A stretch of DNA of 64,000 nucleotides from Candidatus Marinacidobacterales bacterium (lineage in GTDB: Bacteria; Acidobacteriota; Vicinamibacteria; Marinacidobacterales; SMYC01). Below, one piece after another: positions 21,492-30,968 of the stretch (positions are counted from its first letter, which is position 1; every line of letters starts with the position of its first letter). The stretch lies in the NCBI GenBank assembly GCA_965237955.1, contig OZ250169.1:5597888-5661887 (forward strand), read 5' to 3'. The translations under genes and the position numbers were made by a program. The notes below the pieces were generated by a model, which saw only the letters and a program-made list of their open reading frames with translations, had not been told where the DNA came from and searched no databases.

Positions 21492-22133
21492 CTATGAGAC
21501 TTCCTGCGTCTCCGTCACCGCGATGAGCTCGCGGCGGCGCCATTCGGGGACGACGACGCCGAGGGAAATGATCATGCGGAGCGCTTCATCCACGGTCATC
21601 TCGAGCTCGATGACATCATCTTTGGGTACCAGGATGATGAAGCCCGAAGTCGGGTTTGGCGTTGTCGGCACGAAGACGCAGACGACTTCCTGTCCGGTGT
21701 GCGCCTGGACTTCACCCAAGTCGCTCGACGTCTGGAAGCAGAGGCTCCAGATGCCTTTTCGCGGGTACTCCATGAGGAGCACTTTTCGGAACGACTCGCT
21801 GCGCGGCGACAGAAGAGTCTCCGCGACTTTCTTGACGCCGGAGTAGACCCAGCTCACGAGAGGGATGCGGGCCAAGAGCGCTTCCCATACTGCGATTAGC
21901 TTTTTCCCGAGCAGGTTGGCGGCAAAAAAACCTGTGACGAGCAGAAGCGTGAACGTCAAAATGACGCCGAGCCCGGGAATGCGAAACCCGAAGAGGTTCT
22001 CCGGACGGAGCGGCGTCGGGATCAACCCGTCCATAAAGCTGATGAAGAGACGCAACAGGAGCAGGGTGACGCCGAGCGGGATCCAGACCAGGAGACCTGT
22101 CGCCAGGTAGCGCCGGATCTTCATTTTGCGCAT
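21492..22133 (-). CDS. DUF502-family membrane protein.
   Basis: N-terminal TM helices and the overall pattern of DUF502 proteins (RRYLATGLLVWIPLGVTLLLL...). Confidence 0.7.
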   Translation of the reverse strand: MRKMKIRRYLATGLLVWIPLGVTLLLLRLFISFMDGLIPTPLRPENLFGFRIPGLGVILTFTLLLVTGFFAANLLGKKLIAVWEALLARIPLVSWVYSGVKKVAETLLSPRSESFRKVLLMEYPRKGIWSLCFQTSSDLGEVQAHTGQEVVCVFVPTTPNPTSGFIILVPKDDVIELEMTVDEALRMIISLGVVVPEWRRRELIAVTETQEVS

Positions 22134-22293
22134 TGGTCAGCCATCGCCGAAGCCTGAAAAAGGCTTCTGTCAGGTTCGTTTTTCAGGATTGTACCGAGCT
22201 CTCGCTCCATTTAACTGTAACGCGAACCGAACCTTGCAGCAAGGGAGCGCCGTTTGGACGAGGGCCCCCTCACCCGGCTCGCTCACGCGAGGT

Positions 22294-22803
22294 TCAATTG
22301 TCTAGGCACAACCATTTTTTGAGCTTCGCCATCTGTTCGGACGTCAGAGACTGGTCGTCCAGGATTTGCACGAGGTGTTCGCGATTGCGAGCGAGCGGTT
22401 TGTAGCCGCAGCCGTCGAAGAGCTCGGGGCTTGTTTGCTCGAGAAGCGGGCGGGGGTAGTCGCGGCACATACCCGGCGGTGACTCGTAGCTGTCACAACG
22501 TCTCGTGTCCACGTCGAAGTGGGTGCATTTGAAGATGAACGCCTTGTCCTCACGGCGCGCTTCGACGAGGTCGAAGCCATTGATCTTGGCATGCCACCAC
22601 AGGAAAACCTGGCGAATGAAAGGGAAATACCAAGTGAGCTTGCCGACTCGGATGCCGGGCTCTTCACAGCACTTCGCACAGCGGACGCATTCACCACCGA
22701 GATCGTAGCGGACATCGGCCTGAGCTCGGTGCAGCCACAACCGGGCGTAGTAGACGCCGAGGCTGATGCGCTTCACGCTCCGCAAAAACGGACCGTCTCT
22801 CAT
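22294..22803 (-). CDS. YkgJ/UPF0153-family cysteine-cluster (zinc/iron-chelating) protein.
   Basis: CVRCAKCCE motif plus the downstream CTHFD...C...C pattern typical of YkgJ. Confidence 0.7.
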   Translation of the reverse strand: MRDGPFLRSVKRISLGVYYARLWLHRAQADVRYDLGGECVRCAKCCEEPGIRVGKLTWYFPFIRQVFLWWHAKINGFDLVEARREDKAFIFKCTHFDVDTRRCDSYESPPGMCRDYPRPLLEQTSPELFDGCGYKPLARNREHLVQILDDQSLTSEQMAKLKKWLCLDN

Positions 22804-22821
22804 CCCAATGTCATCCCAATT

Positions 22822-24591
22822 TCATCGAAGCAGCGTCGAGATCTCCTGGATGCGGCGCTCCAACGCTCGAGATTTGTCAGCGGCGCCGTAAAGCTCGCGC
22901 AGCTTTTCGGGGATGAACATGGGGTCCGTGCTCTCGCGGATGGCAACGAGTTGTTGAAGCTCTTTTTCGAGACCGTAGTCCGGTGTTCGAAAATGCTCCA
23001 GGGTCTCGCGAATGTGCTCGGCCGTCGGGGCATCGGCGCCTGCGATCGCGGCGCGTCGAACGCATTGGACGAGAAGGCTTTCGATGTCCGCACCCGAAAG
23101 CTCGGGGGGCAGGGGAGGAAGAGCTTGCTCGTCGATTCTGACGTCGTTCTTGCGCGCCATCGCCATGAACATTTCTCGACGGGCCGCTTCCGTTTCGGGC
23201 GGGAAGAGAGGAATGTGCACTTCGCACCGTCCCTGGCGCTTCAAGTCGACAGGGAGCAGATCCGGCCGGCAGGTGAGAAGCACCCACAGAATTTTTCCCC
23301 GGTAGCGCGTGTCGCTCATGAGCGACGAGATCATCGCGAACATGCGACTCGACGTGCCGCTGTCACCACCGGCGGACCGGCTTCCCAGCGCCGCGTCGGC
23401 CTCGTCGATGACGACCACGACCGGTCCGAGCGCTTTGATGACCGACAACACTTTTTGGAGATTGCCTTCCGAGCTTCCGACCCACTTGCTCCGCAGATTC
23501 TTGAAGACGATGGTCGGGATGCCGAGACTGCCGGCTAGACACATCGCGGTAAACGTCTTGCCGGTTCCGATCATACCGCAGAGCAAATAGCCCATCGGCA
23601 ACGCTTCCAGGCGTCCGTCTTTGAAAAGCCGAACGTCTTGCTCGAGCCGCTCCTTCACCGCGTCGGGCGCGACCACGGTATCGAGATCGTAGCTCGGCGC
23701 AACGAATTCGACGAGACCGAAACATTGTTTTTCGATGAGCTCTTTCTTGGCTTCGCGGAGTCTCCCGAGGTCGACGTGATTGCCTTTGGCGCCGGAGCTT
23801 CCGACAGCCTGGCCGAGTCCTATTAGCGTGAGTCCGTTGGCCTCACGGGCAACGTCTCGAGCAGCCTTCGCACCTTCGACGAGCGTGCGCGCGTAGTTTT
23901 CGCGCGTAGCCTCGTCCGGCAGATCGACCTCGACCTTGGAGATGAACGGGTTCTCGACGATCCGGCGGTTGACGTCGCCAAGCGCGTCGGCGACGAGGCA
24001 GAGCGTGACGTCCGCACCGCGGATGCCGGGATCGTTTGCCCAGTTGAGGACTTTGATGAGGGTCGCTCCGAGCTCGCCACTCAACATCGAGCCGTCGACC
24101 GCAGGCGTGATCGTCTCGATATAGCGGATGACGATGGCGAGGCTTTTGCGATTCCCGTTTTTGGGTGTGTCGACGAGCTTGTGAAGGATGTAGCGGTCGA
24201 GGAGCTCGAAAACGAGCTTCGGATCCTTGGCGCGCGAGTTGGCGTAGCTGGTCCCGCTGATGAGGTCGATGGCTTTGAGGGTCTTGTGAAAGTCTTCCTG
24301 CATCGCCTGTCGCCGGTCGCTGTCGCCGGGCGCGAGGAAGCGAACGCCGCTCCCACGGTCGTAGCTCAAGACGATTTCGCGCTGGCCGAAGAGCTGTGTC
24401 GCCAGGTAGTGCTCGAGAGATACAAACTCGTCCGCATCCCGCCGCCCGGGCCCGTTGGGCCCGGTGAGGACGACGGGGACGAGATCGTGGACGTTGCCGT
24501 GGAGGAGAAAGACGCTCGCCGCACCGCTGACATAGCTCAGAGCGAGCTCACGCGCCCATTCGGGAGCGCTACGGCCCAAAGGGTTATTCAC
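22822..24591 (-). CDS. Classical-clade AAA ATPase with a large N-terminal domain of unknown function (~350 aa).
   Basis: Walker A GMIGTGKT, Walker B VVVIDEADA, and an SRH-like region with arginine fingers (TCRPDLLPVDLKRQGRCEVHIP). The ATG at 24696 overlaps pspA, so the start is more likely the GTG near 24591. Confidence 0.7.
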   Translation of the reverse strand: MNNPLGRSAPEWARELALSYVSGAASVFLLHGNVHDLVPVVLTGPNGPGRRDADEFVSLEHYLATQLFGQREIVLSYDRGSGVRFLAPGDSDRRQAMQEDFHKTLKAIDLISGTSYANSRAKDPKLVFELLDRYILHKLVDTPKNGNRKSLAIVIRYIETITPAVDGSMLSGELGATLIKVLNWANDPGIRGADVTLCLVADALGDVNRRIVENPFISKVEVDLPDEATRENYARTLVEGAKAARDVAREANGLTLIGLGQAVGSSGAKGNHVDLGRLREAKKELIEKQCFGLVEFVAPSYDLDTVVAPDAVKERLEQDVRLFKDGRLEALPMGYLLCGMIGTGKTFTAMCLAGSLGIPTIVFKNLRSKWVGSSEGNLQKVLSVIKALGPVVVVIDEADAALGSRSAGGDSGTSSRMFAMISSLMSDTRYRGKILWVLLTCRPDLLPVDLKRQGRCEVHIPLFPPETEAARREMFMAMARKNDVRIDEQALPPLPPELSGADIESLLVQCVRRAAIAGADAPTAEHIRETLEHFRTPDYGLEKELQQLVAIRESTDPMFIPEKLRELYGAADKSRALERRIQEISTLLR

Positions 24592-25342
24592 TGGATTCGG
24601 ACGCGGCCTCTTTCTGGGGGCCGACGGTTTTCTCGGTCGCTTCCGACGAAGGCTCGGCGAGTCCTTGCTCGATCTTGAATTGAGCCAGGAGCTCACCGGC
24701 TGCGACTTGGTCCGCCGCCTGCTTTGCCTTGAGCGCGTCGATGCCCTGATCGCTCAAGTCCGACGCGACCTTGGACCGGGCTTTCGCTTTGTTGATCTGA
24801 TCGTCGACCCGGCTCATGATGGCGTCGATATCAGACGACACATCGAACGAGGTATTGAGGGCGCCTGCCGTCTCGGAAACTTCGGCGAGCGCTTTCTCCA
24901 TCTGGAGCGCCGCCTTCTTCTTCTCGAGGTCCTTCTTGCTGTTGCCGATTTCAGTGAGAGCCGCCTTCATCTTCAGAAGGTTGTTCTCGTAGTTCTCTTG
25001 GTGCTGGGCGAGCTGCTCGTTGTTGCTCTCGAGCCCGTCTTTGACTCGAGAAAGCTCCAGTGCGAGCTGGCCGGCCATCTCTTCCTGATTGGCCTTTAGA
25101 TGGTTCTTGATCTGTCCGGTGAGGCTCGAGATCCGTGAGGTCTCGCTTGCGACTTGTGCCTCCACTTTCAGAACCAGTGCCTGATAGGAGATGAGCCCCT
25201 GGCGAGCCTCTTTCAGGCGTTCGGTAGCCTGCTGGAGTTTCGCCTCAGCCAGGGGGATGACGTGCTTGTCCTCCATCTCGGTGACGGACTTGTTGAACAA
25301 GGCGTACCAGACTGCTTGGATGCGCGCGAAAAGTCCCATCAC
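24584..25342 (-). CDS. pspA: PspA/IM30 (Vipp1/LiaH) family protein of the ESCRT-III superfamily.
   Basis: MGLFARIQAVWYALFNK... N-terminus resembles PspA (MGIFSRFADIVNANINALL). The ~250-aa product is an all-helical coiled coil with a charged C-terminal tail. Confidence 0.65.
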   Translation of the reverse strand: MMGLFARIQAVWYALFNKSVTEMEDKHVIPLAEAKLQQATERLKEARQGLISYQALVLKVEAQVASETSRISSLTGQIKNHLKANQEEMAGQLALELSRVKDGLESNNEQLAQHQENYENNLLKMKAALTEIGNSKKDLEKKKAALQMEKALAEVSETAGALNTSFDVSSDIDAIMSRVDDQINKAKARSKVASDLSDQGIDALKAKQAADQVAAGELLAQFKIEQGLAEPSSEATEKTVGPQKEAASESSE

Positions 25343-25404
25343 TGACTCCCTTCGATGATAGCTAGTGGAAGAATCCTAACAGCAATACTTTTCAACGGAA
25401 AGGA

Positions 25405-25547
25405 GGAAAGACGCGAAGGCGCAAAGGGGATCGATGGCTCGTCCGGATCCCGATGCGTGATCCTTCTTTGCGTCTTTGCGTCTTAGCGCCTTTGCGTTAA
25501 AAAGCATCATGTCGCGGATTCCTCTTGCGCCTTGGCGCCTTTGCGTT
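25405..25547. repeat. Intergenic cluster of GCGCCTTTGCGTT / CTTTGCGT repeats, one of which is inverted.
   Basis: Contains gaaggcgcaaagg (inverse orientation), a tandem ctttgcgt x2, then agcgcctttgcgttaaaaa and ggcgcctttgcgttaaaaaa. Confidence 0.5.
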
Positions 25548-25555
25548 AAAAAACA

Positions 25556-28500
25556 TCACGTAGTGCTCTCGTCGGCCTCGGCCTCGGCTTCTTCAGTGTC
25601 GGTCATGTTCGATAGCGCCGAGACGTTGATCTTTTCGAGGGCCTCGACGAGCTCGGGGATGTCGTCGACGTATTCCAGTTTGCTGATGAGTGCCTTGATG
25701 TTCGGATCGTCGACGCCACGGTAGCCGCGGAAGCGATGGGCCATGAAGCGCATCAGCGGGATCAGCGTACCCTCGATGAGGTAGGACTCGCGCGAAATGA
25801 GCTCGTAATCCGCCGGCGGCGCCTCGGGTTCGGCGTCGGGCGCGACTCGCTGCTTTTGACCGTTCCCGAACGCCTCGAGGAGCTCGTGCAGCTTTTCGGT
25901 GTACGGTGAGAGGTCAAGCTGGACGTCTACCTGCGCTGGTTTGGCCGCGGCGGAAAACGCGGCCAGGTCGGGATCGACGGACAGTGCGGCTGGGCGCGAG
26001 CCAGCTTTCTCTATAGCGCGGTCGATGCTCTCGCCGATGCCTTCGAGGTGCTCGGACACCATGCTGAGCTGACCGGTGAGGCGTGTTGCCGGGTCATCCT
26101 CGCCACTGCCCATGCGTTGGATGCGGACGTAGCCCTTCTTGATCTCCTCCCACCGTGCGCGCTGAGCGTCGCTCAACCGTCCCCGCATCTCGCCGAGCTT
26201 GAGGAGATTCTCCTCCGCACCGGTGGTGAGCGTCTGTGATTCACCGAGATAGTGGTCGTCGATGAGGTTCTCGAGCTCTTCGTCGTTCATGGCCGGCACG
26301 ATCTTCTCCGTCAGCTTGTTCATATTGCGGTAGCTCCCCTGGAGACGGAACGGGGGCTCGGTGCGATAGGCATCTTCTTGCGAGGCGGAGCGGATGTATT
26401 GCTGGTTGACGGCGAGCAGGGTCTGCTGCACCTTCAAGAGCTTTTTCAGCACCGACTGGATCTCGCCGATCTCCACCGCCGAGTAGCCGTGCTCGAGCTG
26501 GTCGGATTGAATCGGCTCTCCCTGAGCCATGCGCACGAGCATGACGATATCGTTCTGCTCTCGTGTCGTCAGCGGTGCGAGCACGTTGTTCGACGTCAGT
26601 GAGTTCTCGATGTAGGAGAGCGCGAACAGATCGCCTTTGCCTTCGAGAATGTCGCCGAGGTTATAGGTGTCGGCGCGGTTGGCGAGCATGTCCGGGATCT
26701 GGAATTTCTCGCCTGACTCGGTGTACGGGTTTCCCGCCATACACACGATGAACTTCTTGCCTCGCAGATCGTAAGTACGGGTGCGTCCCTTCCATACACC
26801 TTCCACTTTACGCTGAGCGTCGCACAAAGAGATGAACTTCTGGAGGAACTCGGGATGCGTGTGCTGGATGTCGTCGATGTAGAGCAGAACGTTGTTGCCC
26901 ATCTCGAAGGCGAGATTGAGCTTTATGATCTCCTGACGCGCGGTCGCGTTCCCTGCCTCCGCGGGATCGAGTGACGTGACCGAGTGGCCGAGCGCGGGCC
27001 CGTTGATTTTCATGAACACTAGGCCGAGGCGGTTGGCCAAATACTCCATCAGCGTCGTCTTGCCGTAGCCCGGTGGCGAGATGAGAAGGAGCATGCCCAT
27101 CAAATCGGTCCGCTTGTCTGCGCCGAGCGCTCCCATTTGCTTGGCGAGGTTGTCGCCGATGAGAGGCAGGTAGACGTCGTTGATGAGGTGGTTGCGCACG
27201 AACGACGACATGACTTTGGGCTTGTATTCGTCGAGGCGCAGGGCGTCGCGCTCTCGTTCGAGGACGGCGTGCCGCGCTTTCTGGAAGTCACGAAAGCCGG
27301 GAACGAGGCGGTAGCGGAAGTGGCCGAGGCGCGACAAGAACTCGTCGAGGTGGAGCTCCATGCGGCCTTGTTGAATCCGTGGATGCTGGCCTAGCAGTCC
27401 TTCGATACTCAATTTCGCCTGCGCGCTCGATGTCTCCCGGCTCACCTTGCCTTCGAACAAGATCGCGACCACGGCTTCTTGAGCGGCGCGCGCCGTTTGA
27501 TTGGTCTTCTCGAGAAAAGCCGTCACCCACGCGAGGGCAAGATCGTAAGCGCGCACCGGTGATTCTCGAAGCCCACGAAGATCCTGCTCAAAGTCACGCT
27601 CGGCGCTGGATTCGCGCAAATGCTTCTCGAACGCCTTCTTGAGCTCGTCGGCTTCCGCGCTCAAAACGAACTTCTGCGGCTCACGCGCGATCTCTTCGAG
27701 GAGATAGGCACCCGCGCGGCGCGCGGCGCGCTCGGGCACGTGGATGCCGAGCTCGGCCAGATGCTCGGCGATCGCGGTGTTGAGCTCGGAGCCGAGATCG
27801 GTGAGCGCGTCACTTGTTTCGAAGTGCGTCCGCAGGCGATGCAAGCTCTTCGCCTGGTTTTCCCACGTCGTCCGCTTCTTGCGGTCCGGGTAAAGAGCCC
27901 AGAACACGGTGGCGAGGGCTCGCGCTGTGGGCGTGAACGCAGGAGATCGGCGCTCTCGTGCATGCCGAGAGTTTTCTGGAGGATGAGCGTGGCGTCGGCA
28001 TCGTGGAGGCCGCGCTCGTAGCCTTCGTCGTAGCGCTCGGCCGCGTAGTCCCGCACGATGGCGAGAAGCGCGTTGTCCACTCGGGTGGCCTCGTGAAGCT
28101 TGGCCAGTGACAGTCCGGCGTCGCCGATCTCGGCGTCTTCGAGAATGCAATAGGCGAGGTACTCCGAACGATAGACGTCGTCGGTTTCCGAGACCAGTTC
28201 TTGCGCCCAGAAGTCACGCGTTTTGGCGAACTCCTCGTCGTCGATCTGCTCATAGAAACCGGTGCCACTCAGGTGGAACGCCATACCGTCTTCGCGCGGC
28301 ACCATCGTGAGCTCCAACGGCTGGGTGTTGACGCTGAAGCGATGGCGTCCGAGCTTGATGACGTTAGCGCCGTCTTCGTAGATTTCTCGCCGATCGCGCA
28401 GACCTTGCGCGGCGTCTTCTTTGGCGGCTTTGAGCCGGCCATCGAGCTCGTCGGCATGCACCGAGTTGCCGAGCTCTCTCAGGTTGGCCGCGGTGTTTCG

Positions 28501-30936
28501 TAGCTTGGCGACCATGGGGTCCGAAGCGAAGTATGCGTTCAAAGCGTCGGAGCTTTCGAACTTCTCGGCGCGTCTGGTGACGCTCCCGAGGATGCGATCC
28601 GCCGCATGCATCAAGTTCTGCGCTCGTCGTTGGCGCCGGTCGACGAGCGATTGCTTCTTGGAGCTGAACGCTTCGTAGATCTCTTCGCGCTTGGTGGTGA
28701 GCTCGGTCACGAACTCGTCGAACTCGGAAAAGCGGGTTTCGAGGTCTTCGAGCTGCAGCATGAGCTTCGAGAGTTGCTCGTCGCACTTCTCCGGCGAGTC
28801 GGAAAGCGCCAGCGCGCTGGTGACGCTTTGGCTCAGCAGCTGAAACTGGACGCCGAACTCGGCCACGCCTTCTTTGCCGAGAAGCTCTTTGCGCCGGTTG
28901 GCGATGAGCGCCCGCACGCGGTTGAGGCTTCCCATGATCTCGGAGATGTTGCTGAGAATCTGGGTACGGACGGTCGCATCGTCGATCTCGAGCGAGCCGA
29001 TGACGTCGGTAAGGAGGTCCAGGCCGTCACTGAGCTCCTGCAACGACGCCTGGTGGTCGTCCGCCTCGGTGACTTTCGAGAGTCCGGCGACGCCTTCTTC
29101 CAGCTCCGCCGCGCGTTGGTGGTAGGGAAGCAGTGCTTCGGCTTTCAACAGGAAGTCGACCGCCCGCTCGCTCACCGTATCGAAGCGCTCGATAATCTCC
29201 GCTTCGAGGGCGTCGATGTGCGTCAGGTCGACGTAGCGCACTTCACGGAGCGTGATCAGGTGGCCCCGGGCCGAGCGCAGGCTGGCCAGACAGGCGACGA
29301 ACTGATCGATCGACGTCCACGAATCGGGATAGATCGTCCGGAAGAGCTCCTGGATTTTCTCGGCGGCTTCTGCGACTGCCTTTTTCGCGTCAGCACGGAG
29401 CGCCTCGACTTTCTCGAACTCGTCGATGATGCTCTCGGCGGTCTCATGAACTTCGTCGAGGACTTCGCGCAAGTTCCCGATTTCGGCCTCGTCGAGCCAG
29501 TAGTAGCTGTCGATGACGCGCGCGGTAGCGGCGACGAGGTCCTCGTACTTCTGGCGCGTCGGCTGCTGCTCGTCGACCATGCGGCGGATGCTGAGGCAAT
29601 CGGAGACGCCGCGAACGAGCTCGGCGTTGCCGACTTTTTCGAGAAACGATCCCGTGGGCGGCAGCGCTTTCACGTGCTCGTCGCTCATGAACGGCGTGCG
29701 CCACAGCTGCATGTTGTGCACCCGCTTGGGCTCGTCGGTGTCGGCGCGGAAGATGATGACGGTGCCGTCAGGGAAGAGACTGAACCCGTGACAGGTGAGG
29801 GGATTATCCACTTCCTTCCGGATCATGTTGTACGGGAGCAGAATCGTGCGCCCCGCCTCGCGCTCGTGGAACGCGTACAGCACGTCCTCGCCGTTGGGGG
29901 AGCGGATGCGGCGCAAGTACTCCATCCCTTGGATCTCGCGTTCGAAAGATTTGGTGTGTCCGCTCTGCAGGTAATAACCGCCCGGGAAAATGATGCCGTG
30001 GTCTTCGGGAAGCTGGACACAGGCCTGACCGATCGCATCGATGCGATCGACTTGTTGGGTCCGGGTGTTGAACACGAGATATCGATACTCGGTCTCGCGG
30101 TAGGGGAGGACCTTGAGCAAGATTAGCGTGCCCACTGTTGCGTAGTGGACTTGGGCGTCGTCGAGCGCCTGGTCGGCATCGAGCACCGGCTCGCGATAAA
30201 TGCCCTGGCCATCCTCGGTGTTGTTCTCGACTTTAATTGTCAGGTCGCCGCCGAGCGTCTCGACGAAGACTTCGTCGAGAATGTTGACGTGGGGGTAGTG
30301 GCCCTGGATGTGGTCCTCGCGCACCGTCGCAGTCCATTCGAAATCGTGGGTCGGAGGGAAGACGTGGTCACGCTCGCCGCGGTTGTCGATGTAGCTGACG
30401 GCGCCGTCGGGTGCTACCGCCCAGCGAAACACGCGCACGTCGTCAATCTTCTCGCCGATTTGGAACACCGCGAGCAGCTTTTCGCCGACGCTTCGCAGCT
30501 GGAGGAGCTTGGTTTGCTCATAATAACGATAGAGCTCCTGGAACTCCTCGATGAACTTGGGGTCGGAGAGGAAGTAGCCGGGCGCATCCTTCGAAACACT
30601 TCGCAACGAGATACCCTCGTCGGTCTTCTCGAACGTATGCAGGCTGAAGACGTCTTCGATGTGCGTCTGGCGCTTGAGGCCGATGAAGACGTTGTAGCCG
30701 AACAGAAGGTAGTTGCCGACCTCCTTGATGTCCCGGGGAACACAGTTGTTCTCGGTACGGATCCGTTCGTTCCCGAGAACGGCGAGATCGGTGCCGCCGA
30801 AAAGCTCGAGGCGTTTCTTGTTGAGCGTCTCCGCCCGCTCGGCCAGGACTTTCCCGTGGCCGAGAAGGCGGTCGCGAATGATCTCGTAAGTGCCGCGCTC
30901 GATCTCGACCTTTTGGACGTCGGTGCTGGTGCTCAT
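25556..30936 (-). CDS. Giant (~1,790 aa) protein: N-terminal beta-rich domain, long coiled-coil region, an AAA_5/MoxR-type P-loop ATPase domain and a helical C-terminal domain. Its reading frame is interrupted by an apparent frameshift near 27920-27940.
   Basis: ORF 27661..30936 is protein-like up to ~GMHESADLL and then degenerates into Arg/Ser-rich off-frame text. ORF 25556..28150 becomes protein-like from ~ALATVFWALYPDRKK. The downstream part carries Walker A LLISPPGYGKTTL, Walker B NVLLYIDDIQ, and sensor-1/Arg-finger FIVCMAGNPYTESGEKFQIPDMLANRAD, matching MoxR/AAA_5. Confidence 0.6.
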
Positions 30937-30968
30937 TGCCTAATACCTAAAACCTGATGCCTAGCGCC

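Noticed and set aside
25405-25547. Possible CRISPR array suggested by the repeated gcgcctttgcgtt units.
   Set aside because: Only 2-5 short (13 nt) copies with irregular 20-40-bp spacing, inverted copies and homologous loci elsewhere (21464, 38077). This is REP/terminator-like and is not a CRISPR repeat-spacer array. No cas genes are present.
27661-28150. The break between the two giant-gene ORFs could be a selenocysteine or stop-codon readthrough site.
   Set aside because: Unlike the bcp case, the protein-like frame changes across the junction (frame A to frame B). A frameshift fits this, and in-frame recoding does not.
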